A DNA stretch of 64,000 bases from Sminthopsis crassicaudata. Taxonomy: Eukaryota. Shown here piece after piece: positions 22,820-35,016 of the stretch. The notes beneath the pieces are model-generated. The model did not search any database. It was not told the DNA's origin and was given only the letters and a program-made list of their open reading frames with translations. How positions within the stretch are numbered: the first letter of the stretch is position 1; every line of letters begins with the position of its first letter. Location: the NCBI RefSeq assembly GCF_048593235.1, contig NC_133617.1, forward strand, positions 645,524,958 to 645,588,957, written 5' to 3'. The position numbers were made by a program, and so were the translations under genes.

Positions 22820-24811
22820 GCTAAAAGCATGTGGATATGGGAATCAGAAGACCTGGGGTCTAATCTCTGCTCCGACCTCACATTTGAGCTGTTTCTTCTG
22901 GCCTCTAAAATCTCTTTGAGCTTCTTGCCCCATTTCATTACATTTCAGCTCAGTCGATTTAAGTAAGAGCTGGATGAACCTTCCACTTTGATCCAGGGCA
23001 AGTTTGCAGAGGTTTTAGTTTCCTCTTAAAAATGAAGATATTGGACCAGACCCTAACGTTTCTTCTACATATCACTTTCTTTCATGAGAGTGAACATTTT
23101 TGCAGATATTTAAGTATTTCTTTCCTTCAAATGAAAATTTAAAATATTTAGCTTTTAAAAATATAAAATATTTCCTATCTCTTTTCAGTATGGCTTATCA
23201 TTCTGATACTGCCCTAGCCTCAGTCCTTCAACTATAATCAGGCATGTTGGATGCCAAGTATGAAGAAACAATTGACCAAAGCACTGATGAAATCATGGGT
23301 TCAAACAACAAAAAAGGGAAGCTTCAGGTTAGGCTGCTTCCTCTTCCAGGAGGTGACCTCCCTAACATTGCTCTCAGGCTACTCCTGGTCTACAACTAGA
23401 TCTTTATTCTTCTGAATGGATGGTGCCTTCCCCATCTCCAAACCTTATGCATGGATCATCTTGGATTCAGTTTGTTCTTCTTGTCTAAAGTGAAAAAATA
23501 CTTCACCATCATGCACTTTATAAGCTGGTCAAACTGGTCTTCTCCATGTGCTAGGTCCCTTATCTAAGCTTTTGCTCAGACTGTCCCATAGGACAATCCC
23601 CTTTTTCACCTATACCTCTCAGAATCTCTAATTATCTTCAAAGTCTAATTTAAGAACTTCTACATGAGGCCTGTCCTGAAATCCCAGATGTTTGTGCCAC
23701 TTCCTTCATTTCCTTCAAAAAAGTGTTGTGTGTGTATATATATGGATGGATGTGGGTATACCTATAAATATATACATATATATGCATGTATATTTGTACA
23801 TATACACACTCTGTTTTGTATTTTTTTCATTCCTATAGGATGTAAACCCCTTTAGAGGAGAGACTTTCATTTTTGTCTTTGTATCCCTAGGACAGTACCT
23901 AGGATACACATAAAAGGAACTTCATAAATGCTTCTTGAACGGTTGAATGATTATCATCTCTCTGAATAGGGGTTAAAGAGAGTGGAGAAATTTGAAGAAA
24001 ATACTTTTCATCTGGCAGGAAGAAAGGTGGGTGAGGGGGTAGAGAAAGAAGGGAACAGGGAAAGTTTCATGCAGGAGGGAATATCTTTATCCAGTAAGCA
24101 CCACTAGGACACTGAGGACCATTCAGCTTCTAAAAAATTGTCCCCAGAACTTTAATCTAAGTTCTTTGAGGTAAAATCATAGGGCTTTATTTCTTTGCAT
24201 ATCTAGTGAAGAGGCCCCTGGGTTAGCTTCATTATTTTTCCCTTCCTTGGCTTACATTTATGAGACAATCCAAGAGAGATGATGCAAGTTGGTTTTTAGT
24301 TTTATGAGTCTCAGAGAACCACAAGAACCACGAGGAATTGAGCCATGCCATCACTGAGTTCTATGGGTCACCCTGGCAGGAAGAAAATTCAAAGGGGGTT
24401 CTGTCCCCTACCCCCACTCCCCACTCTCATTTGTCACAGACATGTCATGCCATGTGTTCTGCAGAACAGCATTGGAGACATAAACATGCGGTTGTACCCA
24501 CAATTGCTCGGATTACCAGGGTACATGATGAAGCCAATATGAATTTATGAGATCCTTTCGTGTTTGAAGGGGGTGATATTTCATTGTGGTTTTTTTTTTC
24601 TCCTGGCAATTTCTATAACCTTAATTGGTCAACCCCAATTATCATGAATGAACTAATTCATTCATTTTGTGACCCCATGGGAGTTGATTATCATGGATAA
24701 TGACTTGAATTTAGAATTTGGATATATCTGATCATCATAGAAATATGATATAACAAGATTTATTTGTTTGTACCCTAGATATGTATGCATGTATATGTAC
24801 ATTTTGTCATT

Positions 24812-25042
24812 ATTCAAGCATTTTTCAGTTATGTCCAACTCTATCTGGGGTTTTCTTTGTAAAGATACTAGAGTAGTTTGCCATTTCTTCCTCCTTACTC
24901 TTTTCCAGCTCACTTTATAGATGAGGAAACTGAGGCAAATTGGATTAAGCAAGCTACAAAGTGCCTAAGGCCAGATTTGTACTTGGGAATATGGTCTTCC
25001 TGACTTCAAATCCAATACTGTGTCCACTGTGCTACCTAACTG
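24812..25042 (-). mobile_element. MAR1-type SINE
   Basis: GGGGTTTTCTTTGTAAAGATACTAGAGTAGTTTGCCATTTC...ATAGATGAGGAAACTGAGGC. Confidence 0.8.
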
Positions 25043-25323
25043 TATGTATGTGTGTGTGTGTGTATATATACACACAGATATATATGCACATATATACGCA
25101 TATATAAATGTATACATGTATATATGTATGCACATATATATAATTCACACATACACACATATATATAAAGGCATATGTACCTATATAGCATATATACAAA
25201 TATATCATATTCTACTTAGATGTATTATGTGTGTATATATATGTATTAGGTATATATATTGTGTATGTATAAATATATCATGTTTTATGTCTATGTATGT
25301 GTATATCTCTCTCTATATATATG

Positions 25324-25379
<56 letters not shown>

Positions 25380-25410
25380 TACATATGTACTTGTGTAGCT
25401 ATATATACTT
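25042..25410. repeat. Compound (TG)/(TA)/(CA) microsatellite (similar ones at about 2822-2901, 41575-41705, 60108-60156 and 63490-63560)
   Basis: Seen directly. Confidence 0.9.
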
Positions 25411-26743
25411 TTGCCACCAGACTATACCTTAGTAGAATAATAGGCTAACTCTGACTTTCTCAAGAACCATTTTAAAAAGTTGCTTAAAGAAAGAATTGGA
25501 GAATCCATCTAATAGTGACTAAGTCAAAATTGGGAAGAACTGAGTTGAGTTGAAATTCTGTCTCAAACATTTACTGGTTGATTGATCTTGTGAATGTATT
25601 TTAATTCCCTCCAGGTAGACTCAACAGCCTGTAAGGTCCCTCCCAGCAACTTTCATTAAAATCTCTACTCTCTACCAGACATGACTAAGGGAAATGTACT
25701 AAATGTGTCAAAATTTTCAGATGACTTAGTTATATATAATGTAACATTTCTAGAATATCTTAAGGTTTACTTTCACCACAGGACAGTAAGATTGATAGAA
25801 AACATACTGTTAACCACATTTTTGTAACAAGAAAACAGATTCAGAAAGGATAAGAACCTTGGCTGTAGTCACACAATAAACAAGTATCAGAAGGAGGATT
25901 TGAATAAGTTTCTTGCCTTGGATCTCAGAACTTTCCAGTTTACTTTTTTGGTTCCTGCATATACACAGACTTCTGATTTTGAATGTAATCTACTCACTGA
26001 TCAATATTACAGCTGTTAAATCCACAGAGATGCTATTATTTATGAAAATATTTTAAAGTCGCTTTGAAGAATGCTTAGAAAAAAGAGGCTGAAAAAACAA
26101 TATTGTTCGATTTCATTCAGCATAAATAGACAAAATACTAGGTTATCGTAGGCAAGAAGGGGCTTTATAAGAGATCATCAGATTCAAGCTCCCTTGTTTT
26201 TCACATAAAGAAACAAAGCCATTCAGTGTCTTCTTCCCTAAAAAGAGTATATGTGAGAGGCTGTATTTGAACCCAATGATCTTGATTGGGATCAGTCACA
26301 ACCTAATTTAAACAAATCCCATTTCTTCTCTAGGGCCATATCGGGGACTTTGTAAAATCTTCTCTTCCTCCCACAGTTATGCCTGTCTCTTTCCAAGTCT
26401 AAAAGTCAAAACAAATCTTTATAAGAATGATTTTCTTATATATGACAGGATATGACCACTTGATAAAAAGATGATGTTTCATCTTCTTGAAACTATACAT
26501 GAGATGGAAACAATTCCAGTGTTAATAAAGGGTATTTTTTTTTCTTTCTAAGATCACAGTGAACAGACCTATCCATAAAAACAGGTAGAAAAAAAAGAAA
26601 ACCTGAATGTCTAATGTTAAAGAAAAACATGACTAATGCACTAGAGAAATTATTCAACAAGAGTTCATCCTGGTAAAAAATATTACTTCTGTAAGTCTGC
26701 CAAGGTCAGTGTCAGGTTAGGTTATCTGCTTCGCAAGTGCCAG

Positions 26744-26744
<1 letters not shown>

Positions 26745-26782
<38 letters not shown>

Positions 26783-26812
26783 CACACGCATATGTACACA
26801 CGTATGTGTATG
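26745..26812. repeat. (TG)17 plus continuing alternating purine-pyrimidine tract
   Basis: TG repeat at 26745-26778, with alternation continuing unbroken to 26812. Confidence 0.95.
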
Positions 26813-27719
26813 ATCTCCCCCTAGAGAACCAGACTAGACTCCAAGGCAGGACATCTTGCAAATATTTTCTTTAGACTTCTTGCTGCTATTCAGTCATTTT
26901 TGGTCCTCCTCATTCTTTCCCTCCCTTCTCTGCTTGGGCGCCAGTCTGATTCTTTCTGTATCTCTTCACTCCTCTTTCAGCGAGCAGATATAGATTTTCA
27001 GGCAGTTTCCTGTTGTGTGGGGAAAGTATTGTTCATGGCAAATTGCCCTATGTTGGAGTGCTAAACCAGCTCCAGAGGAGAGAAACACCAAAGTCCTCGG
27101 GTAATAGTGTGTGTTGGTCAGATGAAGAGCTGGCTTTGGGACAAAGAAGTTCTCTAGTCTTGAGTCCTGATTCTAATACACACTAGCTGTGTGACCAGGG
27201 GCAAATCATTCTATCTCAATGCCCTGAGGAACTCATCAATATTCTAAGTTATTGATCATTGGCTATCTACATTGGTAGAAGCAATTTCCACACCAGGAGG
27301 TTCCCACAACAATTAAATTACACATGAACAAAACAAAAATAAAACATCTCCCTCAAATCCCCAAAATGTGTGTGTTCTCTCTAAAAACTAAATTTATGCT
27401 TACATTTTACAGTGCAATTCCAGATTAATTCATAATTCCTTTTTCCAGTCCTCATCAATCAATCCATTTACTAGGTTTATTAAGAACCTACTATATGTCA
27501 AACACCATGCTAGGAACTAAGAATAGGATATTTTAATATTTAGGGCTTTAAAAATATTATTCTTAGAAAATTATAAAGGCAAAAAGAAAGGGGGACAGCA
27601 TATGAGACAGATAGTGTTATGAAAACAATGAATGTGAACTTGGACAGACTTTAAGAGATACTAGAGAATAGAAAAGTCTGATGTACAATGGTCTGTGGGA
27701 TCATGAAGAATAAAACACA

Positions 27720-28620
27720 TCTGAACAACGACAATCTCATCCTTCTTGACCTGTTGGCAGCATTTGAAACTTTTACCATTCCTTCTTCCTATATATTTAC
27801 TTTCTTCTATCCAGATTTCCTCAACATTATTCTTTCTTGATTATCCTATCTGTTTGACCATGTCTGAATGTTATCTGAGAAATAATGAACATAGCAAAAC
27901 TCCTAACTTAAAGTGTACCCCAAAATTCTATACTATGCCTTTTTTTCTCTTTTCCTTTTACATTATTTTACTTGATGAATCCATGAGCTCTCATAGGTTT
28001 AACTGCCATCTGTGGTGAAGATAAACCTGAATAATATATGTATATATGGTATAGGTATATACATATGCCCACATATATGTATGCATGAATATGTATACAC
28101 ACACACACCTACACGTGATTTTGTCTCTTTTCTGAGTCACTACTTAATAGACTACTTCACATAAGTACCTCAAATGCAGCATATCAAACAGCAAATTCAT
28201 TTTTCTAAAACTCACTTTTTTCTGAAAATGCATATTTGTAGAATTTCAGTCATCCACATTTGTCATTTTTTACATTTTTCACATTCCCTCATTTATCTAT
28301 TTCCCTTTACATCCAACTAGTTGCCAAATATTGTCAATCTTACCTCCACAACATTATTCCCATCTGCTGCTTCTCTCCTCATATAACCTTAGTTCCGACT
28401 ATCATCACCCTTTGAACTACTGCAATATCCTTTTTATTGGTCTCCTGGCCTCTAGTTTCTTTCCTTTCCAATACATAATACACACAGCTGCCAAAGTGAT
28501 TTTTCTGAAGCATAGGCCTGACTATATCACTTCCCTATTCGATAAACTCCAGTTCTTCCCATTGATTCTAGGATCAATTATGATTTGCTCTTTATCTCAT
28601 CAATTTTTAATATCCATTTT
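27720..28620 (+). mobile_element. L2 LINE, RT region and downstream
   Basis: CTCATCCTTCTTGACCTGTTGGCAGCATTTGAAAC resembles LILLDLSAAFDT. Also ATAGGTTTAACTGCCATCTGTGGTGAAGA (GFNYHLYADD-like) and the L2 motif ACAGCTGCCAAAGTGATTTTTCTGAAGCA. Confidence 0.82.
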
Positions 28621-28644
28621 GTGTAATTTTATTAACAGTAGAAG

Positions 28645-28792
28645 TATATATGTTACAAATAAGTATATGTACACTTTATTGTTATATATGTTATAAATAA
28701 TTATATACATATACTTTTTATATATTATATATGTTATAAATAAATATATACATATACTTTTTATATATTATATATGTTATAAATAAATATAC
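28645..28792. repeat. AT-rich minisatellite, 43-bp period, about 2.5 copies plus a degenerate copy
   Basis: The G of TATATGTTATAAATAA falls at 28690, 28733 and 28776. Confidence 0.9.
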
Positions 28793-28889
28793 AAAGATAA
28801 ATAGGGCTTTGTAAACAATAAAAACATTTTGGCTTGAAATGTGGGATCTTCTTTGGCACCATCTTTCATGGTATCTATATAGCTAATAA

Positions 28890-28960
28890 ATAATAATAAT
28901 AGCTGATAATTTATATATTGCTTACTACATGCCAGATACTTTTAAAAAGTATTTATGGCA
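28890..28960 (-). mobile_element. MIR split by the full-length L1, left part (right part about 35486-35590)
   Basis: Joining the two flanks gives TAATAATAGCTGATAATTTATATATTGCTTACTACATGCCAGATAC...AAATGTTATTTCACTTGA...ATTATCCCCATTTACAGCTGAGGAAA, the antisense MIR pattern. Confidence 0.8.
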
Positions 28961-29586
28961 GACTTCCCACCAAGATGGTGAGGAGGAGGCACACAGCTGC
29001 TTGAACTCCACATTTTCTCTCAGAACTTACTTCATGACAAGCCTTGGAATTAATGCTTGACCGGAAAAGAAACCCACAAATAGTCACCAACAGAAGACAT
29101 CCTTGAAATTCACCAGAAAAGGTCTGTATTTGCTCAGGGGAGGGGGACAAACAGACTGGGGCAGACTGAGGGCAAGCAGTGAGAGCGAGGCAGGCAGCTT
29201 ACACTGCTCACACAGGAGCGGGGAGGGGTGCAATCTCTTCCATTTATGCAAAACGACCTTTACCCCAGAGTGGATACTCCATCTTGGCAGCAAGCCAGGA
29301 GCAGCAGAGAAGGTGTAAACACCAGAGGTGAAGAATAAAACCCTGGAAAGCTAGTGTCTCTTAGGAACCAGCCACCCCCACCTCCACCTGGAGTGACTCA
29401 GCACATTCTTAGAGCCTCAGAGTGAAGACACAGCCAGCAGCCATCACTGTCCTGTTAATGCCTCACTGCTGTCTCCCACAGTCTGTACAGGAAGCCTGGT
29501 AACACTGTTCAGCCCATCCCCCCACCCAGAAACAGACCAATTGTTTCTCTTGTCAATTTGTTTTTTTCAAGTCCTGCTCCAACAAA

Positions 29587-30694
29587 ATGAGCAAAAAATT
29601 TAAAAGGACTCTAACCATTGAAAGCTTTTGTATGGATAGAGAGCAGACTTCAAACTCCGAGGAGACTAAAAGCAGACTGTCTCCAGAGGAATCCCCTAAG
29701 AGGGATATGATCTGTTCCTCAATATACAAAACTCTCATAGAGGAAATCAAAAAGGCTCTCACAAGAGAGCTAGAAAAGAAATAGGAAAAGGAAAGGGAAG
29801 CTTGGCAAGAGAGTCTGGAGAAGTCATCCCAGGCATTTAAAGACAGAGTGGATAAAGAAAACAAATCATTAAGAAATAAAATTAGTGAGTTGGAAAAAGA
29901 AAACAGCTCTCTAAAAAATAAAATGGATGAAATGGGAAAAAAAATTCCACAGAAGAAAAAAACTCACTTAAAAACTCAATTGGACAATTACAAAAAGATA
30001 TAGAAAAAGTGAGTGAAGAAAATACATCAATGAAAATTAGACTCGAACAAGTAGAAATGAATAACTCAAGGAGAAACCAAGACATAATCAAGCAAAACCA
30101 GAAAAATGAAACAATTGAAAAGAATGTCAAGTACCTTATTGGAAAAACAACAGACCTGGAAAACAGATGCAGGAGAGATAATTTGAGAATAATCGGACTC
30201 CCTGAAAAATGTGAGGAAAAAAAGGGCCTGAACACTATTTTCCAGGAAATTATCACAGAGAATTGCCCAGATGTTTTAGAAACAGAGGGTAAAATAAACA
30301 TTGAAAAAAATTCATCAATCACCTACTGAAAGGGACCCTAAAATAAAAACACCAAGAAATGTACTGGCCAAGTTCAAGAACCATCAGACAAAGGAAAAAA
30401 TACTGGAAGCTGCTAGAAAAAAAGCATTTCAGATACGGAGGATCCACAATAAGGATAACCCAGGATCTAGCAGCGTCTACATTAAAAGAACGAAGGGCCT
30501 GGAATATGATATTCCAAAAGGTAAGGAACTTGATATGCAGCCAAGAATAACTGTCCCAGCAAAAATGAGCATCCTTTTTCCAGGGAAGAAGATGGACATT
30601 TAACGAAATAAATGAATTCCATCTATTCTTGATGAAAAAACCAGATCTACACAAAATGTTTGATCTTCAAATACAGATCTCAAGAGATTTCTAA
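29587..30694 (+). pseudogene. L1 ORF1p remnant (coiled coil, RRM, CTD)
   Basis: Starts MSKKFKRTLTIESF. Contains RRDNLRIIGLPE, TPRNVLAKF, IRITQDLA and ends at TAA 30692-30694. Premature TAG at 29782-29784 plus frameshifts. Confidence 0.93.
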
Positions 30695-31146
30695 AAAGGT
30701 AAAAAGAAATCTTGAGAACTATATTTCTGCCATAAAGATATGTAAAGAACACATGTATAATTTGTCCTAGAAACCAGAGGTGGAAAGGAAATTATATCAT
30801 AAAAAAGGGTAAAGTGGTGGTACTACATCTCATGAAGAGGCAAAGGTAACCTATTATATCTGAGATAAAGAAAGGAGGGGGATGAACATAGTGTGTATCA
30901 ATTGACATATTCGATTTATGGTGACTTCTTCCACTTCATTGAAAAGTGAGTGGGAAGGAGTAAGTGAAGGGGAAGGGAATACAGAAATTGTGAGGAAAAG
31001 GGGTAAAATAGGGGGAGGAACTTTAAGGTGAGGAAGGGATACTAAAAAGGGAAGGCTGTGAAAAGCAAATGGTGCTCACAAGTTTAATACTGGGTAGGGG
31101 GGTAAGAGGTAAGGAAAGGAGAAAAGCATAAGCAGGGCTTAACAGG

Positions 31147-34100
31147 ATGGCAAACAATATAGAATTAGTCATTCTAACCACAAATGTGAATGAGGTAAAC
31201 TCCCCAATAAAGAGGAAGCAGTTAGCAGACTAGATTAAAAGCCAGAATCCTACTATATGTTGTTTACAGGAAACACACCTGAAACAGGATGATACATTCA
31301 GAATAAAAGTAAAAGGGTGGAGCAGAATCTACTATGCTTCAGGTGAAGCCAAAAAAGCATGGGTAGCCATCCTCATCTCAGATCAAGCAAAAACAAAAAT
31401 TGATCTAATTAAAAGAGATAAGGAAAGGCATTATATCTTGCTAAAGGATAGCATAGAAAATGAAGCAGTATCAATATTAAACATAGACACACCAAGTGGT
31501 GCAGCATCTAAATTCTTAAAACAGAAATTAAGAGAGCTGCAAGAAGAAATAGACAGCAAAATTATAATAGTGGGAGATCTCAACCTTGCGCTCTCAGAAT
31601 TAAGATAAATCAAACCACAAAATAAATAAGAAAAAAGTCAAAGAGGTAAATAGAATACTAGAAAAGTTTGATATGATAGATGTTTGGTGACAGCTAAATG
31701 GAGACAGAAAGGAGTACACTTTCTTCTCAGCAGTTCATGGAACCTATACAAAAATTGATCATATACTAGGGTATAAAAACCTCAAAACCAAATGCAGTAA
31801 GGTAGAAATAGTAAATGCATCCTTTTCAGACCACAATGCAATGAAATTTACATTCAATAAAAAGCCAGGGGAAAATAGACCAAAAATAATTGGAAATTAA
31901 ATAATCTCATACTAAAGAATGATTGGGTGAAACAGCAAATCATAGACATAATTAATAACTTCACCCAAGAAAATGACAGTAATGAGACATCATACCAAAA
32001 TATGTGGGATACAGCAAAAGCAGTGATAAGGGGAAGTTTTATATCTCTAGAGGCCTACTTGCATAAAATAGAGAAAGAGAGGATCAACGAATTGGGCTTA
32101 AAACTAAAAATGCTAGAAAAGGAATAAATTTAAAAACCCCAGACAAACATGAAACTTGAAATTCAAAAAATAAAAGGTAAGATTAATAAAATTGAAAGTA
32201 AAAAAAAAACTATTGAATTAATTAATATAACTAAGAGTTTGTTCTATGAAAAAACCAACAACATAGAGAAACCCTTAGTAAATCTGATTTAAAAAAGGAA
32301 AGAGGAAAAACAAATTGATAGTCTTAAAAATGAAAAGGAAGAACTCACCACTAATGAAGAGGAAATTAGAGCAATAGTTAGGAGCTACTTTGCCCAGCTT
32401 TATGCCAATAAATATGATAACTTAAATGAAATGGAAGAATACCTTCAAAAATATAGCTTGCCCAGATTAACAGAAGAAGTAAATAGTCCCATTTCAGAAA
32501 AAGAAATAGAACAAGCTATTAACCAATTCTCTTAGAAAAAATCCCCAGGACCAAATGGATTTACATGTGAATTCTACCAAACATTTAAAGAACAACTAAC
32601 TCTAATGCTATATAAACTATTTGAAAAAATAGGGATTGAAGGAGTCCTACCAAATTCCTTTTATGACACAGACATGGTATTGATACCTAAACAGGTAAGC
32701 TGAAAACAGAGAAAGAGAATTATAGACCAATCTCCCTAATGAATATTGATGCTAAAATCTTAAATAAAATATTAGCAAAAAGACTACAGAAAACCATCCC
32801 CAGGATAATACACTATGACCAAGTGGGATTTATACCAGGAATGCAGGGCTGGTTCAATATTAGGAAAACTATTAGCATAATTGACCATATCAATAGCCAA
32901 ATTAACAAAAACCATATGATCATCTCAATAGATGCAGACAAAAGCATTTGATGAAATCCAACATCCATTCCTACCAAAAACACTTGAGAGTATAGGAATA
33001 AATGGACTATTCCTTAAAATAATAAGGAGCATATATTTAAAACCATCAGTAAACATCATATGTAATGGCGATAAACTGGACCCTTTCCCAGTAAGATCAG
33101 GAGTGAAACAAGGTTGCCCACTATCACCATTACTATTCAATATTGTACTAGAAATGCTAGCCTCTGCAATAAGAGCTGAGAAAGAGATTCAAGGAATTAG
33201 AGTAGGTAATGAGGAAATCAAACAATCACTCTTTGCAGATGACATGATAGAATACTTAGAGAACCCCAAAGACTCTGCTAAAAAGCTATTAGAAATAATT
33301 CAGAACTTTAGCAAAGTTGCAGGATACAAAATAAATCCACATAAATCCTCAGCATTTTTATATATTACAACACAATCCAACAGCAAGAGATACAAAGAGA
33401 AATTCCATTCAAAATAACGGTTGATAGTACAAAATATTTGGAAATATATCTACCAAAGGAAAGGCAGGAATTATATGAGCAAAATTACAAAACACTTGGA
33501 ATAAATAAAGTCAGATTTAAATAATTGGAAAGACATTTAGTGCTCTTGGATAGGTCAAGCAAATATAATCAAGATGACAATACTCCCTAAACTAATCTAT
33601 TTATTTAGTGCTATACCAATCAGACTCCAAAAAAACTATTTTAATGACCTAGAAAAAATAACAACAAAATTCATATGGAAGAACAAAAGATCGAGAATTT
33701 CAAAGGAAGTAATGAAAAAAAAATCAAATGAAGGTGGATTAGCTGTACCTGATCTAGAACTACATTATAAAGCAGCAGTCACCAAAACCATTTGGTATTG
33801 GCTAAGAAATAGACTATTTGATCAGTGGAATAGGTTAGGTTCACAGGACAAGATAGTGAATAAAAATAGCAATCTAGTGTTTGACAACCACAAAGATCCC
33901 AACTTTTGGGATAAGAATTCATTATTTGACAAAAACTTCTGGGAAAACTGGAAATTAGTACAGCAAAAACTAGGCATGGACCCACATTTAACACCACATA
34001 CTAAGATAAGATCAAAATGGGTCCAAGATTTAGGCATAAAGAACGAAATCATAAATAAATTGGAGGAAACATGGGATGGTTTTACCTCTCAGACTTGTGG

Positions 34101-35016
34101 AGGAGGAAGGAGTTTGTGTCCAAGGGAGAACTAGAGGACCCATTATTGATCACAAACATAGAACATTTTGATTATATCAAATTAAGAAGCTTTTGTACAA
34201 ACAAAACTAATGCAAAACAAGATTAGAAGGAAAGTTAACAAAATTGGGAAAAATGTTTTTTTACTGTTAAAGGTTCTGATAAAGGCCCTCATCTCCAAAA
34301 ATATACAGAGAATTGACTCTAATTTATAAAAAAATCAAGCCATTCTCCAATTGATAAATGGTCAAAGGATATGAAACAGACAATTTTTCAGATGATGAAT
34401 TTGAAACTATTTTCCCACTCATATGAAAGAGTGTTTCCAAATCACTATTGATCAGCGAAATGCAAAATTAAGACAACTCTGACATACCACTACACCACCT
34501 GTCAGATTGGCTAAGATGACAGGAAAACAAATAATGATGAATTGTTTGGAGGGGGCTGTGGGGAAAAACTGGGACACTGATTGCATGTTGGTGGAGTTGT
34601 GAAAGAATCCAACCATTCTGGAGAGCAATCTGGAAATTATGCTCAAAAATGTTATCAAAACTGTTTTCATACTCTTTGATCCAGCAGTGAGTGCTACTAC
34701 TGGGGCTTATATCCCATGGAAAATACTAAAGAAGGGAAAGGGGACTTGTATGTGCCAAAAAATGTTTTGTGGCAGCCCTTTTTTGTAGTGATTAGAAAAC
34801 TGGAAAAATGAAATGGATGCCCCATCAATTGGAGAATGGTTGGCTAAATTTTGTTATATGAATGTTATGGAATATTATTGTTCTGTAAGAAATGACCAAC
34901 AGGAGGAATACAGAGAGGCTTGGAGAAACTTACATCAACTGATGCTGAGTGAAATGAGTAGAACTAGGAGATCATTATACACTTCAACAACAATACTATA
35001 TGAGGATGTATTCTGA
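31147..35016 (+). pseudogene. L1 ORF2p remnant (APE endonuclease, reverse transcriptase, C-terminal region)
   Basis: ATG at 31147. Endonuclease motifs CCLQETH, GDLN, YTFFSAVHGTYTKIDH and FSDHN; RT motifs [32 protein letters not shown] and LFADDMI. Many stops and frameshifts. Confidence 0.96.

Noticed and set aside
29084-29293. 69-aa antisense ORF in the L1 5'UTR resembling primate ORF0 in size and position
   Set aside because: It starts at TTG rather than ATG and shows no similarity to ORF0, which is primate-specific.
29553-34670. Multiple minus-strand ORFs over the L1
   Set aside because: Antisense shadows of A-rich L1 coding sequence.
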